This document shows positions 44,777-54,981 of a DNA stretch of 64,000 nucleotides, piece after piece; the first letter of the stretch is position 1; every line of letters begins with the position of its first letter. The notes beneath the pieces were generated by a model that searched no databases, was not told the origin of the DNA, and worked only from the letters and a program-made list of their open reading frames with translations. The position numbers and the translations under genes are program-made. Source of the DNA: an uncultured Alphaproteobacteria bacterium (GTDB lineage Bacteria > Pseudomonadota > Alphaproteobacteria > Rs-D84); NCBI GenBank assembly GCA_944389515.1, contig CALXMQ010000001.1:135079-199078 (forward strand). Reading direction: 5' to 3'.

Positions 44777-46495
44777 TTATTTTTTGCTGTTTTCAATCGC
44801 AGCACCCAGAATATCGCCCAAAACAGAACCGCTGTCGGCCTGGTTTGCGTATTCTTTGACCGCCTGTTTTTCCAACGTTACTTGTAACGCACGGATAGAC
44901 AGTTTGACAACATTATTGTCAACGGAAACAACAGATGCTTCGACTGTATCACCAACATTGAATTTGTTAGTGTCTTGTTCTGATTTTTCACGTGACAAAT
45001 CAGTACGACGGATAACACCGCGGATGTCATTTGGCAATGCCAAAATCAATTCGTCTGGGGTTATTTCGGATACTGTGCCAGAAACAACCGCACCTTTCTT
45101 TAATGATGCACTGTTGTTTTCTGCGCTTTCTGTCAGTTGTTTGATACCCAATGTGATACGTTCTTTTTCCGGATTGATGTCCAAAATTTTTGCGGTAACT
45201 TCCTGGCCACGAACGAATTTTTTCAATTCTTCTTCGTCCAGTTTGTTCCAAGACAAATCGGAAATGTGAACCATACCATCTAATTCAGGTGTCAATGCGA
45301 TAAACAAACCAAATTCAGTTGTGTTTTTAATTGGGCCTGTTACAACATCGCCAACATTGTGGGTTTCTGCGAACTGTTTCCATGGATTTGGTTGCAGTTG
45401 TTTGTAACCCAATGAAATACGACGCTTTTCTTGATCAATGCCCAAAACGACAACATTTATATCCTGGCCAACTTGTAAAACTTTGCTGGGGTGGATATTT
45501 TTGTTTGTCCATGATAATTCGGACATATGAACCAGACCTTCGATATTATTACCTAAATCGATAAATGCACCATAATCGGTCAAAGATGATACTTTGCCAG
45601 ATACTGTGTCGCCAACATTGAACGCACGAGATGCGTTTTCCCATGGATCTTCTTCTAACTGTTTTGCACCCAACGAGATACGATGAGATTCTGGGTCAAA
45701 TTGGATAACTTTGACTTGTATCTTTTGGCCAACGTGTACTAATTCGCGTGGATGATTTACGCGTTTCCATGACAAATCTGTCACGTGCAGCAAACCATCA
45801 ATGCCACCTAAATCAACAAACACACCGTAATCAGTAATGTTTTTAACTGTACCTTCGATAACAGCGCCCAATGAAATGTTTTTCATTGCTTCTTTTTGTG
45901 CCGCTGCGATTGTATCAGCCTGGATGGCGCGACGTGATACGATTGCGTTTGTGCGCAATGCATCCATTTTCAGAACACGGAATTTATCTTTTAATCCAAT
46001 CAATGATTTTGGATCGCGCACTGGTTTATGGTCAACCTGGGATGATGGCATAAATGCGAATACGCCATTGATATCAACCGTGTAACCACCGCGAACAACA
46101 TCGATAATTGTACCTTCGGGGTCAATACCTTCGGCAACTGTTTTTTCCAGTTCCTTCCATGCTTTTTCAGCACGAGCCTTGGTATAAGACAGAACGGCGG
46201 TTCCTTCGCGGGATTCATAACGTTCAACAAAAACGTCAATGATATCGCCCACAGACGGAACAGATGCACCGAATTCTTTCAGTGGAATACGCCCTTCGGA
46301 TTTCAGGCCAACATCAACAATCGCGAAATCACCGCGAATATCTTTGACTGTACCCTTGGTGGCATAGCCCTGTAAAGTTTCTTGGGTGCCATAGTCGTTG
46401 TTAAACATCTGGACAAAATCTTCGCCAGATATTGGATTATATAAATCTTTGGATAAATCTTTCATAAAGAATTCATACAAAGTTGGCCGTCGCAT
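44777..46495 (-). CDS. rpsA: 30S ribosomal protein S1
   Basis: Six S1/OB repeats with recurring 'G.V..I.D.GAF.D.G...GL.H.SE.SW'. 572 aa. An alternative start lies 10 codons in. Confidence 0.95.
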   Translation of the reverse strand: MRRPTLYEFFMKDLSKDLYNPISGEDFVQMFNNDYGTQETLQGYATKGTVKDIRGDFAIVDVGLKSEGRIPLKEFGASVPSVGDIIDVFVERYESREGTAVLSYTKARAEKAWKELEKTVAEGIDPEGTIIDVVRGGYTVDINGVFAFMPSSQVDHKPVRDPKSLIGLKDKFRVLKMDALRTNAIVSRRAIQADTIAAAQKEAMKNISLGAVIEGTVKNITDYGVFVDLGGIDGLLHVTDLSWKRVNHPRELVHVGQKIQVKVIQFDPESHRISLGAKQLEEDPWENASRAFNVGDTVSGKVSSLTDYGAFIDLGNNIEGLVHMSELSWTNKNIHPSKVLQVGQDINVVVLGIDQEKRRISLGYKQLQPNPWKQFAETHNVGDVVTGPIKNTTEFGLFIALTPELDGMVHISDLSWNKLDEEELKKFVRGQEVTAKILDINPEKERITLGIKQLTESAENNSASLKKGAVVSGTVSEITPDELILALPNDIRGVIRRTDLSREKSEQDTNKFNVGDTVEASVVSVDNNVVKLSIRALQVTLEKQAVKEYANQADSGSVLGDILGAAIENSKK

Positions 46496-46652
46496 ATGAT
46501 ATATAAAAAATGCGAGGACTTGTGGGGTTCATCGGACTGATTATGCGCCCACCCGCAAAATCAGGCGTATTATACGGGAATTTTTTTGAAAAAGCAAGTA
46601 TTTATAAAGTATAACGGGGACGATTATGCCCCCGTTATTTAATTTTATATTA

Positions 46653-47108
46653 TTATTGTGCAATTATGCGTGCGCGTTCACCATAATCGGCATCTAAAAC
46701 ATATACGCGTTGGCCAACAAAAAATTTAACGTCGTCGCCCTGGGTCAATGTTACGGATTTTCCAGAATCCAGTTTAACGATGTATTCCATACCGCCCTGC
46801 ATTGACAGACCTTCTTGTGCCTTGCCACCTAGATATCCGCCCAAAACCGCGCCACCAACCGCACCGATTGTTTGTGTCAGTGTATTGTCGCCAATCATAC
46901 CCCCGGCAACACCGCCAACAATACCGCCAGCCAATTCACCGACTTCGCCATTTTCAGTCGCGATTGTAACGGGGCGTACGTTTATTATTACACCTTCGGA
47001 TACAGTGTTTACAGTCCCTGCCCCAGATGTTTCATATCGGTCAATGTTCAAATTTGCGCCACATGCGGTTAAAATAATAGTCAGGCATAACACTGAAAAT
47101 TTTTTCAT
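46653..47108 (-). CDS. Glycine-zipper outer-membrane lipoprotein (SlyB / 17-kDa surface antigen family)
   Basis: Lipobox 'LTACG'. Glycine zipper 'GELAGGIVGGVAGGMIGDN...IGAVGGAVLGGYLGG'. Confidence 0.8.
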   Translation of the reverse strand: MKKFSVLCLTIILTACGANLNIDRYETSGAGTVNTVSEGVIINVRPVTIATENGEVGELAGGIVGGVAGGMIGDNTLTQTIGAVGGAVLGGYLGGKAQEGLSMQGGMEYIVKLDSGKSVTLTQGDDVKFFVGQRVYVLDADYGERARIIAQ

Positions 47109-47204
47109 GATATTTCCCCTTTTTCACTTTTTTGCTTATTTTACCATCAGGGATATCGTTTTGCAATAAGCATAAAATAAATGCCCGATATGGGCATTTG
47201 GTTC

Positions 47205-47696
47205 CTATTTTGTTTTTTGGTTTCGTGCCACGGCCAACATTTTTTCCAGTTGTGATGGCGTTATAAAACGCAATGCATTTACAGGGACGCCAGACGATTG
47301 ACTGTTGTGATAAACGTGCAATATTTCTGATGATGGTAAAGTGTTTATATCTTTGATATCGCCGTTTGCATCAATAATATTGTTTAATTTGTCTGTTTGG
47401 AACGAATAAGCCAAATCCATAACTAAACCTGGATGAATTCCGGGTGAATCAAGCATGATTGTGTTTGGATTGTATGGTAAATTGTATTCGCGGTGCACAC
47501 TGATATACCCAGGCAACTTTTTGAACAATCGACCTGTTCTGTGGTCATATTCGTAATAACGACCTGATAAATAATAATCTTGGGCGGCCAAAGATGAACG
47601 CAAAATTAAATCTGAATTTGCGGCGAAAAATTTCGGATTGACCTTTTCCAACAGCATTATACGTAATGCATAAATAGGTACTAATGCTTTTTCCAT
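47205..47696 (-). CDS. Hypothetical protein (163 aa from ATG 47696; the track ORF extends to 47729)
   Basis: Long ORF with AAGGGG before ATG 47696. No family recognised. Confidence 0.55.
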   Translation of the reverse strand: MEKALVPIYALRIMLLEKVNPKFFAANSDLILRSSLAAQDYYLSGRYYEYDHRTGRLFKKLPGYISVHREYNLPYNPNTIMLDSPGIHPGLVMDLAYSFQTDKLNNIIDANGDIKDINTLPSSEILHVYHNSQSSGVPVNALRFITPSQLEKMLAVARNQKTK

Positions 47697-47773
47697 GTAT
47701 AACCCCTTCATCAAATATACAAACCGCATAATTTTATAGCACTGTTGTTAAATATGTCAATATATTTTAGCAA

Positions 47774-47800
47774 AATAAAAATGCCCCACGTGGGGGCTTT
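47774..47800 (-). terminator. Terminator directly after thyA
   Basis: The minus strand reads 'aaaagcccccacgtggggcattttt'. Confidence 0.8.
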
Positions 47801-48757
47801 TTATCGGGCAACTGCGCCACGTAATTTCGCATGATGTACATAATTTTTTAGAACAAATCCGCCGTTTGCAGACCATTTCAGCATACCATGCCAATTTTCG
47901 TTTGGAATTTCAACGGTTGGCAATGGGTATGGTTTGCGTTTTAATTGTTCGCGAACCTGGGGAATATGGTTGTGATAAATATGTGCATCGTGTAATTCAC
48001 CCTTTAATGTACCTGGTTGCAAGCCTGATTCTTTGGCGTATAATAACAGCAATAATGCATAACTGGCGATATTATATGGCACACCCAAGAACATATCGCA
48101 TGAACGCTGGGTCCAGATTAAAGATAATTTTCCATCGCGCACAACCAACTGGTGCATTACATGGCATGGCGGCAGTGCCATTTGTGGAATTGCGACAGGG
48201 TTCCATGCACTGACCAGTATGCGGCGGTCGTTCGGATTGTTTTTTAATTTATCAATCGCATTTTGAACTTGATCCAATCCCGGGTTTTGTGGGTTGAAAT
48301 TATCCGTCGGGTTTTTGTCAATGCGATTTTGATTCCATTGATATTCGCCGCCAAAATGACGCCATTGGAAACCATAAATCGGACCCAAATCACGTTCTGA
48401 ATCCATAATAGAATTACGGATTTGTGTTTTTTCTGTGTCTGTCAGATTTGGCAGTTTACTGGTGGCAATGTTATATTTTTGTTCGACCTTTATCGGGTTT
48501 GCCCATTCGTCCCAGATATGGCAATTTCTGTCTTGCAGCCATTTTTTATCTGTGATTCCACGCAGAAAAAATTCTAATTCTGTGGCGATATTTTTTAATC
48601 CCATTTGTTTGGTTGTAACCAATGGAAAGCCCGTTGACATATCGTGTTCAAATACTGCACCAGCAGACAGCCCGATATCTGGTATACCGGTTCTGTTCAT
48701 GCGCAAATCTTTGCCGTTTACCATAATGTTGTCCAGTATATCTAAGTAAGCCTGCAT
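47801..48757 (-). CDS. thyA: Thymidylate synthase ThyA (long form with an insertion, 318 aa)
   Basis: 'YLDILDNIMVNG', 'RTGIP', 'FPLVTTKQM', 'ELEFFLRG', active-site 'LPPCHVMHQLVV', 'QRSCDMFLGVPYNIASYALL'. Confidence 0.93.
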   Translation of the reverse strand: MQAYLDILDNIMVNGKDLRMNRTGIPDIGLSAGAVFEHDMSTGFPLVTTKQMGLKNIATELEFFLRGITDKKWLQDRNCHIWDEWANPIKVEQKYNIATSKLPNLTDTEKTQIRNSIMDSERDLGPIYGFQWRHFGGEYQWNQNRIDKNPTDNFNPQNPGLDQVQNAIDKLKNNPNDRRILVSAWNPVAIPQMALPPCHVMHQLVVRDGKLSLIWTQRSCDMFLGVPYNIASYALLLLLYAKESGLQPGTLKGELHDAHIYHNHIPQVREQLKRKPYPLPTVEIPNENWHGMLKWSANGGFVLKNYVHHAKLRGAVAR

Positions 48758-48777
48758 TATTGTATCCTTTGTTGATA

Positions 48778-48808
48778 TAAAAATACGCGCAAAATATGCG
48801 CGTATTTT
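48778..48808 (-). terminator. Terminator after tig
   Basis: Stem 'atacgcgc'/'gcgcgtat' with a T-run on the minus strand. Confidence 0.75.
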
Positions 48809-48811
48809 GTT

Positions 48812-50122
48812 TTATTTAACAGATGCCTGTTGAAACAGTTCTTCTGGTTTTACATTTTTTTCTTTTGTTTTGACATGTGTCAGCATCGCATCCAATGCCT
48901 TGCGTTCAAAAATCATGCCGCGCAACATTGCCAAAGCATTTTGGTTTTTATTATAGAATTCAAAAACTTGCTTTGGATCTGGGTAACGTGACGCTTCGGC
49001 CCAAACGGCTTGTTGTAAATCGTCACGGGTAACTTCTACTTTATTTTGTGTTCCCCATTCTGCCAAAATCAAACCCAATTTGACACGACGTTCGGCGTCT
49101 TTGCGTTCTTTTTTATCGTCCCATTTATGGTCGGAACCACAATCGCCATCGCAATGCGCGTGTGTGCGATCGTGTTCTTGCTTTGCCATGTTTAATTCTT
49201 GGTCAACCAATGTTTCTGGTAATTCCAGTTTTACTTTGTCGGCCAATATATCCAATAATTCGTTGCGCATATCGCGTTTTGACGCTTCGTCATATTGTTC
49301 GGTTAAAATTGTGCGAATATGTTCGCGCAATTTTTCAACAGATTCATGACCAACAGATTTTGCCAATTCGTCATTTAATTCTGGTAATTTATGTTTGCGC
49401 ACTTCGTGTACTTTGACCGCAAATCGTGCATCTTTGCCGGCCAGGTTTTCTGCATGATAATCAGATGGGAATTTGACGTTTACATCAAATTCTTCGCCGG
49501 CTTTGTGCCCAATAACTTGGTCTTCAAATCCCGGGATAAATGCCCCAGAACCTAATACCAAGTGATGTTTTTCCGCGGCGCCGCCTTCAAATGCATCTTG
49601 GCCAATAAAACCTTTGAAATCGATAACAGCGGTATCGCCATTTTGGGCGACATAATCGTCAGGCTGTTTTTCAGCAACACTGCGAGATTTGCGGATGTTT
49701 TCCAATGATTTTTCTATTTCAGATTCATCCAATTTGGCTGTTTTTTTGGTAACAGTGAATTTTTCTAAATCAATCGATGGCAATGTTGGCAGAATATCAA
49801 AATCCAGTGTGTATTCTGCGTCTTTACCAATTTCCCAACCGGCCAAGTCAGCCTTTGGCGTGCCAGCCAGACGGATTTTTTTATCAGCGATATAGTTATT
49901 CAAATCGCGATTCATCAATTTATCAATCGCTTCGCCCATCGCAGATGCATTGTATTTTTGGCGTAAAATTGATAATGGAATATGACCAGGACGGAACCCC
50001 GGCATTTTTGCCTTTTTGCCATATTCTGTCAAAATTTCATCTGCGGCGGTTTGCAGTTCGTCGGCAGAAATCAGACCATTTACGGTATAGTGTAAATCTT
50101 TGATTTTTTCTTTTTTGAACAT
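48812..50122 (-). CDS. tig: Trigger factor
   Basis: N-terminal ribosome-binding 'GFRPGHIPLSILRQKYG'-type motif ('PGFRPGHIPLSILRQKY'), FKBP-type PPIase 'FIPGFEDQVIGHKAGEEF', C-terminal arm domain. Confidence 0.92.
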   Translation of the reverse strand: MFKKEKIKDLHYTVNGLISADELQTAADEILTEYGKKAKMPGFRPGHIPLSILRQKYNASAMGEAIDKLMNRDLNNYIADKKIRLAGTPKADLAGWEIGKDAEYTLDFDILPTLPSIDLEKFTVTKKTAKLDESEIEKSLENIRKSRSVAEKQPDDYVAQNGDTAVIDFKGFIGQDAFEGGAAEKHHLVLGSGAFIPGFEDQVIGHKAGEEFDVNVKFPSDYHAENLAGKDARFAVKVHEVRKHKLPELNDELAKSVGHESVEKLREHIRTILTEQYDEASKRDMRNELLDILADKVKLELPETLVDQELNMAKQEHDRTHAHCDGDCGSDHKWDDKKERKDAERRVKLGLILAEWGTQNKVEVTRDDLQQAVWAEASRYPDPKQVFEFYNKNQNALAMLRGMIFERKALDAMLTHVKTKEKNVKPEELFQQASVK

Positions 50123-50210
50123 TTGTACTTCCCCATTAAATAATGAATTGCTGTGTGATTATACACAGTTTTTTTATAAACGCAAATACAAAGTTGACAT
50201 GCTTTTTATA

Positions 50211-50241
50211 AAAAAATCCGCCCCATTGGGGACGGATTGAT
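50211..50241 (-). terminator. Terminator after rpsI
   Basis: The minus strand reads 'aatccgtccccaatggggcggattttttt'. Confidence 0.8.
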
Positions 50242-50258
50242 AATATACGCACACAATT

Positions 50259-50762
50259 TTAACGTTTGCTGAACTGTGTGGAACGACGCGCTTTGTGGCG
50301 ACCGAAATGTTTACGTTCAACAACACGGCTGTCGCGAGTCAAGAAGCCTGCGGCCTTTAATGTTTTGCGTAAATCTGGTTCTGCTTTTTCCAGTGCTTTG
50401 GAAATACCGTGTTTTACGGCGCCAGCCTGGCCAGACAATCCACCGCCCATAACAATGGCGTGTACGTCGTATGCAGTTTCACGTTTGGTGATACCAAACG
50501 GTTGTGCGATAATCATTTGCAACACCGGACGACGGAAATATTCAGTCATCGAAATACCGTTGACGATAATTTGTCCTTTGCCCGGGATTAAATATACGCG
50601 TGCAACAGAATCTTTGCGTTTGCCGGTGGCATATGTTGCATTTGTCAATTTAACATCAGCCACAGGTGTTGCCGCCACTTTTTTAGCGGTTGTTTTTGCC
50701 GGGGCAGATTTTTTAGTTGTTTTTGCGGCTGTCTTGGTCGCAGTTTTCTTTGTTTCTGTCAT
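50259..50762 (-). CDS. rpsI: 30S ribosomal protein S9 (with a ~35-aa K/A/T-rich N-terminal extension)
   Basis: '[14 protein letters not shown]', '[19 protein letters not shown]', C-terminal '[24 protein letters not shown]'. Confidence 0.95.
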   Translation of the reverse strand: MTETKKTATKTAAKTTKKSAPAKTTAKKVAATPVADVKLTNATYATGKRKDSVARVYLIPGKGQIIVNGISMTEYFRRPVLQMIIAQPFGITKRETAYDVHAIVMGGGLSGQAGAVKHGISKALEKAEPDLRKTLKAAGFLTRDSRVVERKHFGRHKARRSTQFSKR

Positions 50763-51235
50763 TATTCGCCCCTTTTATTTTTACGGTTCAATTCGGCAAA
50801 GTTTATAACGATTGGGTTTTGTGCCGCATGTTTGTGTTCTGGACCAGCGTATACGTGCAATTTGGTCAAACGTTTGTTTGCCAATGCAACCGCAGTGCGA
50901 CGCCCCATCATACGTTTTACAGCATTGTAAACCAATTTTTCTGGTTTTTCATTGCGCATTTGACCCAATGTGCGTTCTTTGATGCTGCCTGTCCATAAAG
51001 AGTGCCAAAAGAATTTTGTTTTATCAGCCTTTTTACCAGACAATGCCACTTTATCTGCATTGATGATGATGACATGGTCACCACAATCCATGTTTGGTGT
51101 CCAGGTAGGCTTGTTCTTGCCACGCAAAATGTTTGCGGTATATGCCGCCAAACGTCCCAGCGTGCAATCAGTTGCGTCAATCAGATACCATTTTGCATCT
51201 AATTCGCATTTTTTTAACGATTTTGTCGCTGCCAT
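50762..51235 (-). CDS. rplM: 50S ribosomal protein L13
   Basis: '[49 protein letters not shown]' and '[12 protein letters not shown]'. Start taken at ATG 51235. Overlaps rpsI by 1 nt (TAATG). Confidence 0.93.
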   Translation of the reverse strand: MAATKSLKKCELDAKWYLIDATDCTLGRLAAYTANILRGKNKPTWTPNMDCGDHVIIINADKVALSGKKADKTKFFWHSLWTGSIKERTLGQMRNEKPEKLVYNAVKRMMGRRTAVALANKRLTKLHVYAGPEHKHAAQNPIVINFAELNRKNKRGE

Positions 51236-51334
51236 AGTTTTTACCTTTTTATTAAATTTAGCGAGGCTTATTATGTCCCACTGACCCAGAAAAGTCAAGA
51301 AAAATTGATGTGGTATTATTATACCGTATATTTT

Positions 51335-52990
51335 TTACATCTCTTCTGGGATTTTAAGCCCCATTAAATCAATCGTGGTTGCCAATGTGTCACGTGCGAT
51401 TTGTGTGATTTTTATGCGCTTGGCACGTGTTTCATCGTCCACATCGTCACGCAAAATCGGGCAATTATGATAAAATGCATTTACCAGTTGGCATAAATCA
51501 TATGCGTAATTTGCAATCATATCAGTTGCACGATTATCAAATGCACTTTGTACCGTGCGTTCGAAATCTAGTGTTTCAATCAACAGGTTGCGTTCATCTG
51601 GGGTCAGTGTTGTTGTGGTCGCTGCATCTGGTGTGTCCCCTGCCCGTTTTAATACGCTGTTCAAACGGACGGCTGTATACAAAACATATGGACCTGTTCT
51701 GCCTTCGAAACTGGTGATTTGGTTCGGGTCAAAAACATAGTCGGCACGAACATCATGTAATAAATCATTAAATTTAACGGCCGCCAATGCAATGGCATCA
51801 ATAGTATCGTCTTGTAACACCTTGCCGGCATCTGTGACACGTTTACGTACCGCGTCAGTTGATGTGTCCAGAATATCTAATAATTCTGCCACGCCACCAT
51901 CGCGTGTTTTGAACGGTTTGCCATCTGGCCCAGTTATTGCGCCGAATCCGGTGTGAAATAATTCTGCATCTGTTAAATGTGCCATTTTTGCCACACGGAA
52001 TACTTGTTGAAAATGTAAATTTTGGCGCGAGTCTGTGAAATATCCGATTATGTCAGGTTTGTCAGATTTGTTTCTGTAATAAATGGCCGACAGGTCTGCC
52101 GCTGCATACGTTTGTGTGTCCGAACTGGTGCGGAACATCAATGGTGGCATTGGCGCAGTGTCGTCGTCTGTACGTACATTTACAATCATGGCGCCATCAG
52201 ATTCAACCAACAAACCGCATGATTCCAAGATTTTTTGTGTGTCTGCAACATATGGTGCAACGCCACGTTCGCCCATTGTTTCATCAAATGGTAATAAATT
52301 CAGGCGGTGCAGCACCGTGTCCATTTGAGATAACGAAATTTTCATAAAATCGTCATATATTTTCCGATATTCCGGATTTCCAGATTGTAATTCTGCGGTA
52401 ATTTCTTTGGCGCGTGCCATCCATGCGTCGTCAGATTTTGCGCGTGCGGTTGATTCAGGATATATTTTATTTAATTCATCTGCATTTTTTGGCATGCCGA
52501 ATTCTAAAATCCATGTGATAATCAATCCCATTGGGCGACCCCAATCCCCAATATGGTTATAGCTTTTTGTGGTGTGACCCAAAAATTTTGCAATACGGTT
52601 AAAAGTATCGCCAACAATCGATGTCCGCAGGTGCCCAATATGTAATGCTTTGCCCACGTTATATCCACCATAATCTAAATCGATTTTTTTTGGATTTTCT
52701 GTTTTTGTATTGTGTGGTTCTTGGGCAGCGTGCCAAATAAAATCATCTTTTAATTTGATGTTGATAAAGCCTGGACCGGCAACAGATACATCTGCGACAA
52801 AGTCCAGTTCACGTAATTTAGGCAATATTTCATTTGCCAATTCACGTGGATTTTTGCCGGCAGATTTTGCCATTACCATTGCCGCGTTCGTTGAAAAATC
52901 ACCAAATTCACGATTGCGTGGTGTTTCTAGGTTGGCAGTAAAGCCCAGTTTATCATTTATCGATTTCGATATGTATTTATATAAATTCAT
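51335..52990 (-). CDS. argS: Arginyl-tRNA synthetase
   Basis: HIGH-type 'NVGKALHIGHLRTSIVGD' and the C-terminal DALR anticodon-binding domain, ending 'GLKIPEEM'. Confidence 0.93.
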   Translation of the reverse strand: MNLYKYISKSINDKLGFTANLETPRNREFGDFSTNAAMVMAKSAGKNPRELANEILPKLRELDFVADVSVAGPGFINIKLKDDFIWHAAQEPHNTKTENPKKIDLDYGGYNVGKALHIGHLRTSIVGDTFNRIAKFLGHTTKSYNHIGDWGRPMGLIITWILEFGMPKNADELNKIYPESTARAKSDDAWMARAKEITAELQSGNPEYRKIYDDFMKISLSQMDTVLHRLNLLPFDETMGERGVAPYVADTQKILESCGLLVESDGAMIVNVRTDDDTAPMPPLMFRTSSDTQTYAAADLSAIYYRNKSDKPDIIGYFTDSRQNLHFQQVFRVAKMAHLTDAELFHTGFGAITGPDGKPFKTRDGGVAELLDILDTSTDAVRKRVTDAGKVLQDDTIDAIALAAVKFNDLLHDVRADYVFDPNQITSFEGRTGPYVLYTAVRLNSVLKRAGDTPDAATTTTLTPDERNLLIETLDFERTVQSAFDNRATDMIANYAYDLCQLVNAFYHNCPILRDDVDDETRAKRIKITQIARDTLATTIDLMGLKIPEEM

Positions 52991-53011
52991 TTCTGATATC
53001 CATGTGGGTTA

Positions 53012-54292
53012 TTATATCGGTAATACAATGCGAACACGCAGACCGCCCAGTTCACTGTTTTCTAAGAACATTTGGCCACCGTGATTTTCTATTGCGGTTT
53101 GTGCAATGGATAATCCCAGCCCTGTTCCGCCGGTTTTTTCACTGCGCGATTCATCCAGACGGACAAATGGACGCATTGCATCACGTTTCTTGTCGTCTGG
53201 GATGCCAGGTCCATCGTCTTCGATAATAATTTCAACTTGGTCTGGGGTGTCGTGTTCGGTTATGCGGATTGTTTTTTTGGCATACCGTGCCGCATTTTCA
53301 ATAATGTTACCAAACGCGCGCGCCAATGCCATTGGTCGGGCATAGAATTGTGCCGGTTCATCTGGGAAATTTGTTTCGATATTTTTATCTGGTGCGGCAT
53401 CACGTGCAATGCGTAACAGCATGGCTGGCAATTCTGTGGCCTGTTCAATTTCAGGCATTTCCCCACGTGCAAAAGACAAATATCCGTTTACCATTTCTGT
53501 CATACGGTCAATGTCTTGTAATAATTCTTGTTTGGATGCCGCGTCTGTTTCAACGGCTAAACGCATACGGGTCAATGGTGTCTTTAAGTCATGGCTGACC
53601 GCGTTTAACATATCACTGCGTGTGCGGTTGTATCGATTTAACCGTTCCTTCATTGTAATCATTGCGGCGGCGGCTTCGCGGATTTCTTTGGAACCAGTTG
53701 GTTCAAAGCCTGGTGCATCCAGTCCGCGGCCAAAACGTCCAGCCGCCTTGGCAATACGGCGTATACTGCGTGTATGCATGATAATAAATGGCGTAATCAG
53801 TATTGATACAATCAATATTGAACCAATCAACCATATTATAAAGACTTCGGTACTGGTGGAATAAATACGATATAACGATGTCCCAAATGTAGCGATTTTT
53901 CCATCATTTGTTGGCACATCAATAAATACCAATCGTTTGCCTTTATCAATATATATTTGTGCAGGACGTTTCAAACGGTTTGACAATTCGTCTGCCAATA
54001 ATCCGGCTTCGCGTGATTCATTATCGTTTTTGCTGGGGCGATTTAATTTTGAATTTACGGATACGTTTATACCAATGTCGCGCGCCATTGTTTTTGCCGC
54101 GTCTGTATTATTATTGTCCATAAAATTCATCATCGTAACGATTTCAACCGCCAAACTGCGTGCCAATGTCGCATGAACGCGTGCCCAGTGGTTGCCAAAA
54201 AATACGTTGGCAATGATTACCTGGGCGATAATCAGCGGTATCAGAATCATCAAAATTGTACGCCATAAAAAACTGCGTGGTATCAATCTCAT
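53012..54292 (-). CDS. Sensor histidine kinase (EnvZ-like: 2 TM, HAMP, HisKA, HATPase_c)
   Basis: H-box 'AVSHDLKTPLTRMRL', N-box 'FGNIIENAARYA', 'IEDDGPGIP', 'GTGLGLSIAQ'. Confidence 0.9.
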   Translation of the reverse strand: MRLIPRSFLWRTILMILIPLIIAQVIIANVFFGNHWARVHATLARSLAVEIVTMMNFMDNNNTDAAKTMARDIGINVSVNSKLNRPSKNDNESREAGLLADELSNRLKRPAQIYIDKGKRLVFIDVPTNDGKIATFGTSLYRIYSTSTEVFIIWLIGSILIVSILITPFIIMHTRSIRRIAKAAGRFGRGLDAPGFEPTGSKEIREAAAAMITMKERLNRYNRTRSDMLNAVSHDLKTPLTRMRLAVETDAASKQELLQDIDRMTEMVNGYLSFARGEMPEIEQATELPAMLLRIARDAAPDKNIETNFPDEPAQFYARPMALARAFGNIIENAARYAKKTIRITEHDTPDQVEIIIEDDGPGIPDDKKRDAMRPFVRLDESRSEKTGGTGLGLSIAQTAIENHGGQMFLENSELGGLRVRIVLPI

Positions 54293-54294
54293 TA

Positions 54295-54957
54295 CTAATC
54301 ACCATTTTTATTTTCGTCGCAGCAGATTTGAATCAATTTATATCCGCGCCCACGAATTGTTATAATATCTAAGTTTGATAATACAACATTTAATTTATTG
54401 CGCAAGCGTTTTGCAACCATTGGCGCCGCCGGTGCAATATTTCCAACCGGGGTTGTCAAGTTGCGTAATAATTTCTTTTCTTCGCCAGATAATGGTAATA
54501 TTCGCGGCAATTCCCCAGGATTGGCAAGATTGGTTATAAAAAATTCTTCGTCTGTGAATATCAGGCCGCCAGGTAATTTTGTATCCGGTGTTGCAGAATT
54601 TTTTATAATATTATTCAATCTTAAAACTAATTCGCGTAATTGAAATGGTTTGGCCAAGTAATCATTTGCGCCCCCAGCCAGGCCATCAATAGTATTTTCA
54701 GCGCCAGTCATTGCCGTCAGCATTATTACAGGAATTGTGTTTCCGTTGTTTCGCAGATTGTGCAGAAATGTCAAACCATCAATTCCAGTCATCATACGGT
54801 CTAAAACAATGGCATCAACCGTGACACGCGACAGTATATCTGTGCCAGATTCTGCGGAATTTGCAGTTAAAACGTTAAAGTTATTGTCGCGCAATCCGTG
54901 TGCCAACGTTTTGCGCAACATGTCGTCGTCGTCAATAATTAAAACTGTTTTGTTCAT
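54295..54957 (-). CDS. OmpR/PhoB-family response regulator
   Basis: Receiver 'VLIIDDDDMLR...AIVLDRMMTGIDG...IMLTA...YLAKPF'. Winged-helix end 'ITIRGRGYKL'. Confidence 0.9.
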   Translation of the reverse strand: MNKTVLIIDDDDMLRKTLAHGLRDNNFNVLTANSAESGTDILSRVTVDAIVLDRMMTGIDGLTFLHNLRNNGNTIPVIMLTAMTGAENTIDGLAGGANDYLAKPFQLRELVLRLNNIIKNSATPDTKLPGGLIFTDEEFFITNLANPGELPRILPLSGEEKKLLRNLTTPVGNIAPAAPMVAKRLRNKLNVVLSNLDIITIRGRGYKLIQICCDENKNGD

Positions 54958-54981
54958 ATAGATATAAATATGTGAACGAAT